Below are positions 41,708 to 59,041 of a DNA stretch of 64,000 nucleotides, one piece after another. Under the pieces are notes generated by a model. The model was given only the letters and a program-made list of their open reading frames with translations. It made no database searches and was not told the origin of the DNA. Source of the stretch: the human T2T-CHM13v2.0 reference genome, Homo sapiens; NCBI RefSeq assembly GCF_009914755.1, contig NC_060941.1; one strand, written 5' to 3'. Numbering within the stretch: position 1 is the stretch's first letter; every line of letters begins with the position of its first letter. Made by a program: the position numbers and the translations under genes.

Positions 41708-42571
41708 CAAAAATCGTAGGACTCTGAAGACTGATGCTAAACCTGCTGTGTCTGAGCTCTATAAATGGAACAACAAAGCCTCGCTGGCAGCACATCTGTT
41801 TGCGGCATGGTTTACTGTATATTTTAAGCCCACTGTTGAGACCTACTGCTTGGGAAAAAAAAAATTCCTTTCAAAATACTACTGCTGATTGACAATACAC
41901 CATGTTACCCAAGAGCTCTGCTGGAGATGTGCGAAGAGATTAGCATTGTTTTCGCGCCTGCTACCACGACATCCAGCCGAAGCCCATGGATCAAGGCGTC
42001 ATTGTGACTTTCAAATCTAACTATTTAAGAAATACATTTCAGGCTGGGGGAGGGGAGAAAAAAGAAAAAAAAGAAAGGAAGAAAAAAATCATTTCATAAG
42101 GCTATAGCTGCCATAGATAGTGATTCCTCTGATGGAGCTGGGCAAAGTAAACAGAAAACCTCTGGAAAGGATTCAGCATTCCAGATGCCATTAAGAACAT
42201 TCAGGATCCGTGGGAGGAGATCAAAATATCAACATTAACAGGAGTTTGGAAAAAGTGAATTCCAACCCTCTTGGATGACTCTGAGGAATTCGAGACTTGA
42301 GTAAAGGAAGTCATGCAGATGTACAGCAAGAGAATGAGAAGTGGAGCCTGAAGATGTAACTGAACTGCTGCAATCTCATGATCACACTTGAATGGATGAG
42401 GAGTCGCTTCTTATAAATGAGCAAAAAAGTGGTTTCTTGGCTGCAATCAACTCTTGTTGCAGATGCTGTGAACACTGTTGAAATGACAAAGGATTTAGAA
42501 TATTACGTAAACATAGTTGATAAAGCAGCAGCAGGGTTTAAGAGGATTGACTCCTATTTTGAAATGAGTTC

Positions 42572-42899
<328 letters not shown>

Positions 42900-44012
42900 T
42901 TATTAAACAGCATTTCATGCTACAGAGAAATCTTTCACGAAAGGAAGAGTCAATCAATGCAGCGAACTTGTTGTTTTATTTTAAGAAATTGTCACGGCCA
43001 TCCCAACCCTCAGTGCCCAACCACCCTGATCAGGCAGCCATCATCAAGGCAAGGCCCTCCACCAGCAAAAAGATCATGAATTGCTGAAAGCTCAAATGAT
43101 GGTTAGCTTTTTTAGCAATAAAGCATTTTTAATGAAGGAATGTACATGTTTTAGATATAATGCTATTACACATTTAACATACTACATATAGTGTGAGCAT
43201 AACTTTTACATGTACTGGAAAATCAAAAAATATGTGTGGCTCATCTGTTATAATGTTTGTTTTATTGTGGTGATCTGGAGCCAAGGCTGAAATATCTCTG
43301 AGGTATGCCTGTAATGTATAAGTGCTAGTAGAAATGAGTTGTGCAGAATTGCTATTTTTTTCAATTTTTATATTTGGGTTAATGGTAATATACTAAGCGT
43401 CCAGTCTATAAACTTCAGCATTCGTTGCGAAATCCAGAGGAGACTTTTAAGTGCTGTTTTGTAGATGAAATATGAAAGAGAAACAAGGGCTTAATGGTAA
43501 AGATGACATATGACTATATTAAGAAACTGAATGGCCCTTTGTCCACAAACAGTAACCCACACAGCATTGCTACTGTGGCATGCCCACTGCTCTGCACTGA
43601 CCTCATGGAGCAGAGAACCTCCTTCAGACACCTCACGCACCCCCTGAGGAGCTAATGTTTCTTCCCAACATGGAAAATTTGGAAGAGGCCTATTCTTCAC
43701 AGCTGTCACTTCTCATTTTGAAAGAATATGCCCACCCTTATTCCCAGGCAAGGTGTGAGGAGGTCTTTGGGCTCCAGCTGTTGCCAGCAGAGGTGGTGAA
43801 AGTCAACAACAGGGCACTGGACACACATAGAAATGTGACCCACAGCTATGGTTTGCAAATACAGTCTTTCAAGAAGTCCTGCCATGTCCTAAATGCCCAA
43901 ATCCCTTGCCTCCCATGATTCTTCTCCTCAAAGGACCTTCTGCTGGACGCCGCCCCCTCCCTCTCCAGCCCCACCAGGGCCCTCCCCGCCATCCTCTTAG
44001 GCCACAGCAGCC

Positions 44013-44291
44013 AATAAAGAGTGTTTTTATTCCATGATCTGTACCCCCAATGAATCCATAATCATAGTTTCCAATGTATTTACCAAAAATACTAACATTA
44101 TCTGGAATGAATGAATGAATGAATGAATGAATAAATATTATATATTTATACATTTTCATTCTTCCAAAGTGAACCCCACTATGCCAGTTTTACTCCATAC
44201 TCAGTGTTCTGGAAAGCCCATATTCTTTCTAAATTTTTCAGCATTTTTTTCTATTTTTGTACTTTACCAAAATTATTTACATTGGAATAAA
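44013..44291 (+). terminator. ASPA: Cluster of distal AATAAA signals (44013, 44130, 44286), candidate end of a long ASPA 3'UTR
   Basis: Three canonical hexamers with T/GT-rich downstream sequence; usage inferred. Confidence 0.5.
44105..44132. repeat. (GAAT)n microsatellite ending in AATAAA
   Basis: Direct reading. Confidence 0.9.
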
Positions 44292-45413
44292 CTCTCTTCC
44301 TTCTGAATTCTGTAGTAAAAATGTGATTTATCAGCTTTTGTACATAAGCTTTACCAAGCTTCCTTCTCCTGCTGTGAATGTTCCGTTGTGTCCTATTTCT
44401 GAGTCCAATTTTTCTAGGTCAGCTTTTTCCAGATGAAAATTTTGGCAAGATATTCTTCCCTCAAATTTTAGTTATTTGTAAAATTTACAATGTACAATTT
44501 ATATCACTGTGGTTTCAGTGGGTTTCAGGGTTGATTATTCCTATCAAGTCTAATCTTCCCTTTTACAGTCTTTAAAGTTTCTAATTAGATGTGTGGTTGG
44601 TTTGTTTGTTTTTAATCTATAACATATTGCTGTGTGGTTTTAGCCACTTTGAGTTTTATTTTACTTTGATTATTTCTAACAATCTACATTTGCATTTTTC
44701 TCATTTATAAAATAGGAATGATAATAATAATAGTGCCCCTTTCATGGGGTTACTGTGAGGATTAAGTGGGCTAAGACATATAAGCACTTAGCTCAGTGCT
44801 TAGCACAGAATACATACTTAACAAATCACTGAAGTTCAAATTCCTAGCACAAAAGGCCCTTCCTGATCTGCCCTCCCTCCCCGACGCCTCCCTACACTCG
44901 TCTCCCTTTGGGCCATCTCCACTCCAGTGTCCTTCCCGCTGTTTATTCCTCTAGGCCTTTACATAGACTGACTCCCCTACCCAGAACTCTCCCCCACTGT
45001 CCTCCACCTCCCACCCCACCTCAGACTGCGCTCTAGCCAATAATGCCTTTTTCTCCTTCAAAATGCAACCCAACTTTCATTTCATAGCCAACATGGTCTT
45101 CGTCGACCTGACTTTGTTGCCACTTTGCCCCTCCTTCTATCCCATCTTGAGGGCATCAGCAGTGTCTTTTTCGATGTCTACAATCTAGAAAGTGACCAAT
45201 AGAGGTGAGTTGAATAAATGAGCCTGCTCAAACATCCCTTCTCTACTGGAACATCTTCATCTTCCACCAATGGCCCTGCCTTTCTTTTTATCTTCCTTCC
45301 CAGTCACCTCCTGAGAACTGTCCCCATCACTCCCAAGTGAAACACTTCGTTTTACACCCTCCAGACTGTTACTATGTCCCAAAGGACAGTGGAAGGAAAA
45401 AACAACCATTTAA

Positions 45414-48093
<2,680 letters not shown>

Positions 48094-49075
48094 TCACAGG
48101 TTTAAGAAGTATGATGGTTTTGAAATAACAAAATATGATGGTTTTAAAAAATAAAACAGAAAACCGATGAAAGAAATAGAACAGCTGGACAGTAACAAGG
48201 GTTGCTATAAACATTAAATGAGACATGTATGTAAAGTGCATGGCACTTTATAAATATTCATGTCCTTCTCCCCTCCTACCACCATCTTAAATGGAAGAAA
48301 CTGTCTTACTTATATTTGTATCATCTATCATTGCCCATACTTCATGTTCAATTTTTGTTGAATTGGTTCTAAATCTTCACACATAGTAAGTGAGATACAT
48401 TTTTTGAGTTGGACTGAATCCTTTCTGCAGAACTTTGCTGTTACTGTCAGAGGGGTTGCTGGTGCAGTGAGAAAAATGGTAGTTCTTGATACTAGACTAA
48501 CTAAACTTCAGAGAACTTGGATCCTCCAGCCAGGAGAAAGGATTGTGAACTTCGCATGTCATTCCGTCTGTCTCCAAGTCTCGATTTCCCTACCTATTAA
48601 ACTGGGATACGACACTCACCAAACCTACAAAACAATAACCAACATGACCGGAAGAGCTTTGTAAACAGTGTAGCATACAATCTCAAAGGCTGAACGCATT
48701 GAAGGAATCCTTTGGGGAGGTAATTTCTCAGAGTATCAAGAACCATAAAAATGTTGAAACCAATTGACCTAGGCATCTCCTTCCCAGAAATATATCCTAT
48801 GACAAGGGTTTCCACCCTTTTTCTACCCGTCCACCCAAAACATCCCCATGGATGGCACATTCCTAGGTTTTGGACTAACGCCTATTAAGCTAGGATGTGA
48901 ATCACGTACAATCCCTGTCTTGCTGCCACTCAACAAGATACATCCCAGTGAAGGAAGTTATTCTGGGAATCATCTGAATTAAGTAAATAATTCACCAAAT
49001 GCAGTATTTCACTTATTAACAAATTGGTTGCAAGTTCCACAACCCATCAAGACAAGCAGTCAAGACTTGGCATTC

Positions 49076-49829
49076 CATCAGAGAAATGCAAATCAAAACC
49101 ACAATGAGATACCATCTCACACCAGTTAGAATGGCAATCATTAAAAAGTCAGGAAACAACAGGTGCTGGAGAGGATGTGGAGAAATAGGAACACTTTTAC
49201 ACTGTTGGTGGGACTGTAAACTAGTTCAACCATTGTGGAAGTCAGTGTGGCGATTCCTCAGGGATCTAGAACTAGAAATACCATTTGACCCAGCCATCCC
49301 ATGACTGGGTATATACCCAACGGACTATAAATCATGCTTCTATAAAGACACATGCACACGTATGTTTATTGCGGCACTATTCACAACAGCAAAGACTTGG
49401 AACCAACCCAGATGTCCAACAATGATAGACTGGATTAAGAAAATGTGGCACATATACACCATGGAATACTATGCAGCCATAAAAAATGATGAGTTCATGT
49501 CCTTTGTAGGGACATGGATGAAATTGGAAATCATCATTCTCAGTAAACTATCGCAAGGACAAAAAACCAAACACCGCATGTTCTCACTCATAGATGGGAA
49601 TTGAACAATGAGAACACATGGACACAGGAAGGGGAACATCACACTCTGGGGACTGTTGTGGGGTGGGGGGAGGGGGGAGGGATAGCATTAGGAGAAATAC
49701 CTAATGCTAAATGACGAGTTAATGGGTGCAGCGCACCAGCATGGCACATGTATACATATGTAACTAACCTGCACATCGTACACATGTACCCTAAAGCTTA
49801 AAGTATAAAAAAAAAAAAAAAAAAAAAAA
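49076..49829 (+). mobile_element. 5'-truncated young L1 (L1PA2-4 type): ORF2 C-terminus, 3'UTR, poly(A)
   Basis: ORF-track 49086 and 49362 are the L1 ORF2 C-terminus; perfect 14-bp TSD AAGACTTGGCATTC at 49062-49075 and 49830-49843; GAG (not Ta ACA) at the 3'UTR diagnostic site. Confidence 0.95.
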
Positions 49830-50095
49830 AAGACTTGGCATTCAAGTTAAGAACTGCCATCCTTATGAAATCACTCAAAGGAATGAAGAACTGAATATAC
49901 CTATGAATTAGGCTGATCGGTAATAATGATAGTAAGAACATCAGCTCTTTCCTATCTATTCTCTCATTGCCTCCTTGTGAAAATCCTGTGTGGTGGACAG
50001 AAGGGATTTATACCTTCTGTTCTCCAGGTGGAACCATGGGTTTCTATTCACTCAAAATAATTTGACAGCCAACAGCCATGATGGATAGAGCCCTC

Positions 50096-51064
50096 ATTTT
50101 TTTTATTTCTTCCAAAAAAAAAAGGGGGGGATACAGGTGCAGAACATGCAGGTTTGTTACATAGGTATACGTGTGCCATGGTGCTTTGCTGCACCTATTG
50201 ATCCATCCTCTAAGTTCCCTCCCCTCACCCCCTACCCCCCAACAGGCCCTGGTGTGTGTTGTTCCCGTCTCTGTGTCCATATGTTCTCAATGTTCAATTC
50301 CACTTATGAGTGAGAACATGTGGTGTTTGGTTTTCTGTTCCTGTGTTAGTTTGCTGAGGATGATGGCTTCCAGCTTCATCCATGTTCCTACAAAAGACAT
50401 GATCTCATTCCTTTTTATGGCTGTATAGTATTCCGTGGTGTAGATATAACACATTTTCTTTATCCAGTCTATCATTGATGGGCATTTGGGTTGGTTCCAT
50501 GTCTTTGCTATTGTAAATAGTGCTGCAATAAACATATGTGTGCATGTGTCTTTATAGTAGAATGATTTACATTCCTTTGGGTGTATACTCAGTAATGGGA
50601 TTGCTGGGTCAAATGGTATTTCTGGTTGTGGATCTTTGAGGAATCACCATACTGTCTTCCTCAATTGTTGAACTAATTTGCATTCCCACCAACAGTGTAA
50701 AAGTGTTCCTATTTCTCCACAGCCTCTCCAGCATCTATTGTTTCCTGACTTTTTAATAAATCGCCATTCTGACTGGCGTGAGATGGTATCTCACTGTGGT
50801 TTTGATTTGCATTTCTCTAATGACCAGTGATGATGAGCTTTTTTTCATATGTTTGTTGGCCACGTAAATGTCTTCTTTTGAGAAGTGTCTGTTCATATCC
50901 TTTGCCCACTTTTTGATGGGGTTGTTTTTTTCTTGTAAATATGTTTAAGTTACTTGTAAATTCTGGATATTAGACCTTTGTCAGATGGGTAGATGGCAAA
51001 AATTTTTTCCTATTCTGTAGGTTGCCTGTTCACTCTGATGGTAGTTTGTTTTGCTGTGCAGAAG
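50096..51064 (-). mobile_element. 5'-truncated older primate L1 (L1PA8-like)
   Basis: ORF-track 50287..50535 is the ORF2 end; TSD TGGATAGAGC(C/A)CTC at 50082-50095 and 51065-51078. Confidence 0.9.
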
Positions 51065-51431
51065 TGGATAGAGCACTCTTTGAGGGCTTTCATGGCCTGA
51101 ACCACTGACATTATGTGGCTGTGAATCCCTGGGCACATCACTTCAAGCCCCTGAGTCTCCTTTTATTCAAACTGCTTCCAAAGCTGCTGAGTGGTTTGAA
51201 TTGACTACCTGATGTGAATGCGCTTTGAGATGCAAATACGTACAAAGGTGACATGCCTTATGGCTTGCTGGCTCTGTTCCTAAGCCGGAACCAATGATAA
51301 TGCTTCAGGTCCAAAAACGGGCCTTCCCTTTACCCACTCCTGTTAACAAAACTCTAGGGTTTCTAGTCAATCTGCACATTGGCACACCTAACGCAAGGAT
51401 AAAACGTGGCCATAACGAGGCAAAACAAATA

Positions 51432-51437
51432 TTTATT
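51432..51437 (-). terminator. TRPV3: TRPV3 poly(A) signal (3'UTR ~51410-54826)
   Basis: tttatt on the plus strand = AATAAA on the minus strand, at the end of a ~3.4-kb Alu/L1-free stretch downstream of the stop codon; other hexamers exist (e.g. ~51861). Confidence 0.65.
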
Positions 51438-54400
51438 AGAAATCAAAAAACCATTTCTTCAATGGCACAAACATGTTCTTACTCTTTGTATGATTTCTTT
51501 CTTGAACATAGAGTTTCGCACACACATACACACTAAGAACAAGTAGGTAAATGAGAATTTACAAGGATCCGGCACATTCAAGGGAGAATGGGGTGACGAT
51601 TCTGTGTTTGGAACCAAGATCACAGTAAAAAATATGTAAATCAATGCAGAAATCAAGTACGGCTTACAGGCCCGGATGACGGCCCATCTACCTGGGCCCT
51701 GCCCAGAGCGAAAGGTCACAGGTCACCAGGCCTTGAGGAAGGACAGGAATGGCAATAATAAAGGGCTCTCTCAGGCTGGAGCCTTCTAAGAGCCTGAAGA
51801 CTTCACAGTACAACCTCCAGCACCTTCTCCCACATCCCAGGGAGGAAGGTTAAGCACCTTTTATTCCTAACAGATATATCACATAATGTCTAGAATAATG
51901 AATTCTTCCTGAGGAAAAGTTTAGCTAAAGGAGCATTTGCAGCCAAAGGCACTATCTGAACCTGGGAGACCCCATCCCTGGAAAACACCTTCCCCTGAAA
52001 TTACTGAAATGTCAATCACGGAGTTTTAGGATGTCCTGATAGACCCACGGGTTCAACGGGGTGTGTGTGGGGGCTGAGGGTGTGTGTGTGCATGGGTGTG
52101 GTTTTGTGCACCCCTGTGGGCACACTTGAATTTTCAACTAGTCATAGGGAACATAGGGGACAATGTTGACTGCCAAATGAGACACCTGAGAAAATAGTCC
52201 TGCCCCCCAATATAAGCGAAATACAAAGACTCAAAATGATGGAATAACTGTGCTTTTTAAAAATAAATAAATAATGGCTCAGGGAGACATCTGTGGTCCA
52301 AGAATCAGGACACTCCAGCCTCCACAGCTCTGATATGACCTTCCTGCATGACTTTGCCCAAGTACACATTCCTCTCGGAGCATTAGCCTCCGGGCGTAAA
52401 ATGAAGGAAGTGCTCCTTTTCACTCTGATGCTTCTTGACTTATGGCTTCCCTTGGTAAACCTACCTAGGCTCAGATGTTTTGGCTGAAAGCCTTTTGGGG
52501 TGGACACTGTTGGGAAGAATATCCAATACAGAAAATGGTCTTGCCAACAAATTCCGTCCAGACCCACAGACAGCAGATCACCAAAACATGTGAGATGACA
52601 AACATCCCTATGGCTCTCCATTCCCCACTTGGACAAAAGCTGGCAGGTTAGGCAAATAGAAATCAATAATTGGCTTTATCCATTAACATCCGAGTCAAAG
52701 CAACTCTGGATATGGCTTTATCCATAACAGATACAGCTTTATCCATTAATGGATATGACTTTCTCCATTAATATCTGAGTCAAAGCAATTCTGGAATTCC
52801 CAGCTCCATAGTGTGGAGCTTGGCATCATGAATCCAAACCACTTCCTTTCAGACCAAGATGTCTGTTCAGGCTTAATGCGGGTAGCTAACTCCAGATGTG
52901 GAATGCTGATTTGTACAATCTCCAGGCTAAAAGGGACCTTAAACTTCTTCCAATGACCATTTTCAACAACATTCCTCATTAAGTGCTCAACCAGCTTCTG
53001 CTTAAACATCTCCAACATCTGGAGCAGTTGCTGGATTCTGTTGAGCCAAAATCTTTCTCAATTTCCTAATTCTGCCCATTCTGAAACACATCTGCTCCTC
53101 CTGCCTCTAGGACAGTTCTCCTCAAATCTTCTCTTCTCCAGAGGCCCATGCCCAGCCCCGACCACTGTGGCTTAGAGCACGCGATTACTCCCTGGGTCAG
53201 CTGGGAGGGCAGGGGCTGCTGTGGATTGTGAAGCCTGCACACCCCAGCCCACCTCTCCCCAGTCGGCCCCATCAGGGGCACAAAGTCTCTATCTGTCCAG
53301 CTAGTCTGGCACACAGAGTGGCCCAGGGCAGAGAAACTGGCCCAGAGTGCACTGCTAGGCCCCGACTCTTCAGTTTGCCTCAAGCCAGATGAACTTATCT
53401 ATCGCCATGTTATCTGAAGGCCAAATTTCTATTTCTGCCATTTAAGATTAACATTTATGGTTACTATTTTTATAATTCCACCTCGAACATTTTTACATGA
53501 ATCCTTTCACCAGATAACGGCGGCAGAGTGGATTTTCTGGTGGTTTCGGCCCCAGTCACCTGGAAAATCCTTCCGTCTCCACTTCACCTCTGCCCCCGAG
53601 ACTGACTCCGTGTCATTTCAGAAAGAGAACATCAGAGGACGAGGACCTAAAAATAAGCTCAAAGTCTTGGCAAATGCTTTTCTCTCACAAGCTTCCCCTT
53701 CAGCTTCAAAATTCACAGTTAAAATTAAAAAAAAAATACTTCGTACCAAAGCAGTTGAGGCATTTTGTTAAATTCCCCCACTGAGACATACTGAGGTATG
53801 CGACTAACTGCTGAGTTCCAAGATGATATCGATCGAGCAGCTGCTATTTCTGCTTCAGCGAAAGCCACGATCCCAGCACACAGGCATGCGCTACTGTGAG
53901 GTCAGGACGAGGAAAAGAGCCAGGCCCTTTCACCCAGATCGCGGCGGCCCAGCAGGACTTGCCCGGAGTGTCTCATGCAGACTTTTGTGTGTGTGAAGAA
54001 AAGCTTTTTGTCTTGCTCTGGGCACCCTGAGGCCAAATATATAATACTTACATCCAGCCCCAAAGCCCCCAGTCTGTCTCCACTTTTAAAATCACAAACT
54101 TCATTGTAGTAATTTTCATTCTCAACTGAAATGTCTTTTCCGTATTGCAAGTTAAAACCCTGTGTTAATTATGCTACTAAAAACATCTCTCAGCTTGAGA
54201 CAGTTTGAACCTTGGGGTGTCAGGGGACGTTCACTCCAAGGATGGTCTCCTTTTCCCCGAAGGGTTCCGGAAGGGTGTTTCCAGAGCGCATTCCCCTCCT
54301 CCCCCAGGATATCCAGCTTACCTCCGTCCCCCGCACACTCTGGGATGGGATCACGGGTCTCCCACAAATTCAGGCAACCCAGTCACAGCAGAAGAGATGG

Positions 54401-54826
54401 TACAATGTGTGGGCTGGGGTTGGGGCTGACGGGGGAAGCTGGCAGGAGGAAAGACTCCTCTCCCTGCTCCTCAAGACTGCTGCCCCTTTCCCGCCATCCA
54501 TCTCTCCCAGCCAAGCCGACCTGCAATTGGTAAAACCAGAGGCTTCACCCGGGACTTCAGGAGGCTCCCAGGCTCCAGACTGCTGCTGGCTGTAGGTTTA
54601 CACCAGCTGTTTGCCAAGTAACAAAATCCAGGATGTTTCCCACTCAGACAAATTGACAACTGCCCCTCAGTTCAGACACCCACTGAGCACTGAGCACGAG
54701 GGTGCACTCTGCTTCTAGGCCAGCAGAGCCGGACTCCATCATCCCTCAAAGCCTCTCTGCACAGAGTCGGTGACTCCGCCTGCAGCGCCAGACAGCGCAC
54801 GCGCACACCAGCTCTGGGTTCCGCTT

Positions 54827-54928
<102 letters not shown>

Positions 54929-55007
54929 TTAAAAAAATATATATTTTAGAAATATATCACTCTGCATAGTGTGTTTCTTTTTTCTTTTTCTTTTTTTTCT
55001 TTTTTGA

Positions 55008-55292
<285 letters not shown>

Positions 55293-55502
55293 TGATGTGT
55301 TTCTATGGCTTAGGGCTACGCCATTTTAAAAGTTGTGCCAACTAGGGTTCTAAAAGTCAGAGCTGGAAGAGACCTAAGAAGCATTTCCATTCAACCCTCC
55401 CATTTGACAGATGGGGAAAGTCAGGACCCTTAGACTTGATCTGCCCAAGGTTACATGGTCTGAGACAGGAGCGGACACCATGTCACCTCACAGCGACAGT
55501 AC

Positions 55503-55582
55503 CTGTTCGTCTTACAGGCCCCGGGTCTTCGTTAAGGAAGGAGACGTGCGTCTTCCATTCAGTCCACTTCACCTCATTGATC
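55503..55582 (-). CDS. TRPV3: TRPV3 penultimate exon (80 bp), [27 protein letters not shown]
   Basis: tgcag|G ... ACAG|gtactg; conserved TRPV C-terminal W..W...NEDPG motif. Confidence 0.97.
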
Positions 55583-56933
55583 CTGCAAATGTGATAATCA
55601 TTCTTACTATTTCACCAGTGCCTCACTGAGTACTAACAAATAGCCCTGCGTTTGGGACGTCCTGGTGTCTACACAGCTCCCCTTCTGTCTGTCCTAGAGA
55701 TCAGGAGCACCCCTGACCCGAGGGGTCACACCAAAGTTGGAGTTTGAACTCTATCCCCATCTCCACGTCCCCAGGCCTCAGAGAATCAGTTCTCCTTCCA
55801 TTGTAGGGAACTCGGAAATCCTGCAAGTTGCCCAGACAGGTGTAAAGGGTCCAACTTCAGACAACAGCTGCTGTGCCTGACTGGTGACAGCCCAAGGGGA
55901 AGCGGGGACAGACAGAGGGAGGGCCCGGGCCACGAGGGTGTGAAGATTAAACTCCAAGTGTAGCAGGGGTTGAGGAAGCACGAAGAGCCTGTGGTTAGGG
56001 TCAGTGCCCCAACAAGAGTGGGTGGCGTCTGAGGTGTTAGAATACAACCATAGGCATTGATGTGACTTCAGTTCACACCCAGAGAACATCTCTAGAGTGA
56101 GGGTGGCAACATCACAACTGTTTGTTAGCGTAATGATTGCAGTCAGAAATGATGCTTTCCACGGGGCGCGGTTTCAGTCAGAGAAGTGGGTTAAGGTATG
56201 GTCATACTCCAAGAAGGTGGTCTGTAGGCTCAGGCAGTTGGGTCAGGGTAGGAGGAGGTGGGCTTATCAGAAAAGGTGTTCATGGGGCCGGGCACCGTGG
56301 CTCACGCCTGTAATCCCAGCACTTTGGGAGGCCGAGGGGGGTGGATCACTTGAGGCCAGGAATTCAAGACCAGCCTGGCCAACGTGATGAAACCTCGTCT
56401 CTAATAAAAATACAAAAATTATCCAGGCGTGGTGGCATATGCCTGCAGTCCCAGCTACCGGGGAGGCTGAGGCAGGAGAATCGCTTCAACCAGGGAGGCG
56501 GAGGTTGCAGTGAGCAGAGATCGCATCACTGCACTCCAGCCTGGAACTCCTTTTAAAAAAACAGAAAAGAAAAGGTGGTCATAGGATATGTAAGGACTTT
56601 AAAAAAAAAAATGCAAAAAGCCAGAGATCTGTCAAAGTAGCCACGTCACTTTCCATCTGCCAGGGGCAAAAGGGGCCTCAAGTCACCCGGGGTCACAGGA
56701 ACTCACACAGGGTAAACAGCAGGAAAAGGAGTACCCAGCAGGCAGATCTTCCCTAAACCAGATAGCGAACACAGAGAGACCATGGAGGCACCTCCAAAAA
56801 AGCAGAGAGAGGGGCTGGGTGCGGTGGCTCATGCCTGTAATCCCAGCACTTTGGGAGGCCAAGGTGGGTGGATCACCTGAGGTCAGGAGTTTGAGACCAG
56901 CTTGACCAACATGGTGAAACTCTGCCTCTACTA

Positions 56934-57172
<239 letters not shown>

Positions 57173-57362
57173 TCAGGAACCCCCATCTCAGGGCCTGCAA
57201 CCCCATAAGCAAATTCCTTCTTCCAAGGAGGCCACTGGAAGAGACAGTAGCTGTGGTTATGGTTAGCAAGTGGCGGCACTGTTTCTCTAACATCCTGTCA
57301 CTGTCCTGCCCCTCTCTACCCACCCCAAAGACCACCACCCCAGGGCCCTTCTCCCTTTGTTA

Positions 57363-57494
<132 letters not shown>

Positions 57495-57921
57495 CTAAGG
57501 AGTAGGCATCCACACTCACAAGCACACACAAGGGCACACACACTGTCGGGGAGCCCACTCCACCCTCACCTCATGCTTAATGCATAGATCGCAAGGGTTT
57601 GGCTAATCTACAGAATTCAAAGACAAAAAAGCAGGCCGGGCACGGTGGCTCACACCTATAATCCCAGCACTTTGGGAGGCCAAGGTGCGTGGATCACCTG
57701 AGGTCAGGAGTTTGAGACCAGCCTGGCCAACATGGCGAAACCCTGTTTCTACTAAAAACACAAAAATTAGGGCTGAGCGCACTGGCTCTTGCCTGTAATC
57801 CCAGCACTTTGGGAGGCCAAGGCGGGTGGATCACCTGAGATCAGGAGTTCGAGAGCAGCCTGGCCAACATGGCAAAAGCCGGTCTCTACTAAAAACACAA
57901 AAATTAGCTAGGCGTATGTCA

Positions 57922-58083
<162 letters not shown>

Positions 58084-58744
58084 CTATCTGACAGTGCTGG
58101 GGTCCTGGAATCCCATAGCAGAGGACCGTTCAAACATCATTTGTCCCACCCCCTCCCAGGCTTGGAATCTCTCTGCAGTTTCCTGGCCATAATTTTTCCA
58201 GTCTCTCTTGAATAGCATCAACAAACCAATTAAGAGGGCCTTGGACAGGCGCAGTGGCTCACACCTGTAATCCCAGCACTTTGGGAGGCTGAGGCGGGCG
58301 AATCGCTTTGAGCTCAGGAGTAAGCGGCCAGCCTAGGCAACATGGTGAAACCCCATCTCTACAAAAAATACAAAAATGACCCAGGTGTGGTGGCGCGTGC
58401 CTGTAATCCCAGCTACTTGGGAGGCTGAGGTGGGAGAATCACTTGAGCCCGGGAGGCAGAGTTTGCAGTGAGCTGATAATCGTGCCACTGCACTCCAGCC
58501 TGGGCAACAGAGCAAGACCCTGTCTCAAAAAAAAAAAAAAAAAAAAAAAGGAGGGCCTTAATAAAGAGAAACTTCCATGTGTGACATCAAAGCTTTTCTC
58601 CCTGTAGTAACCCCATGTACATCTGCCTTCCAGGACCACAGAAGGGATCTCCTCCCTCTTTCATAGGTTGTTCTGCAGATATCCAAAGGCACGCTCACCT
58701 TTTTCCAATGAGCATTTCTTTTTTTTTTTTTTTTATATTTTTGA

Positions 58745-58876
<132 letters not shown>

Positions 58877-58879
58877 TAA

Positions 58880-59041
<162 letters not shown>

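Noticed and set aside
44105-44132. (TCAT)n as a ZNF24 site linking to oligodendrocyte expression of ASPA
   Set aside because: Short (GAAT)n tracts are very common (often L2 tails); nothing in the sequence singles this one out.
49086-50535. L1 ORF2-like ORFs as an active retroelement
   Set aside because: Only the C-terminal fragment is present; no promoter, ORF1, endonuclease or RT domain.
52142-54659. Several 100-174-aa ORFs in the TRPV3 3'UTR
   Set aside because: Mostly non-ATG starts, present on both strands, no recognisable homology or domain; treated as chance ORFs.
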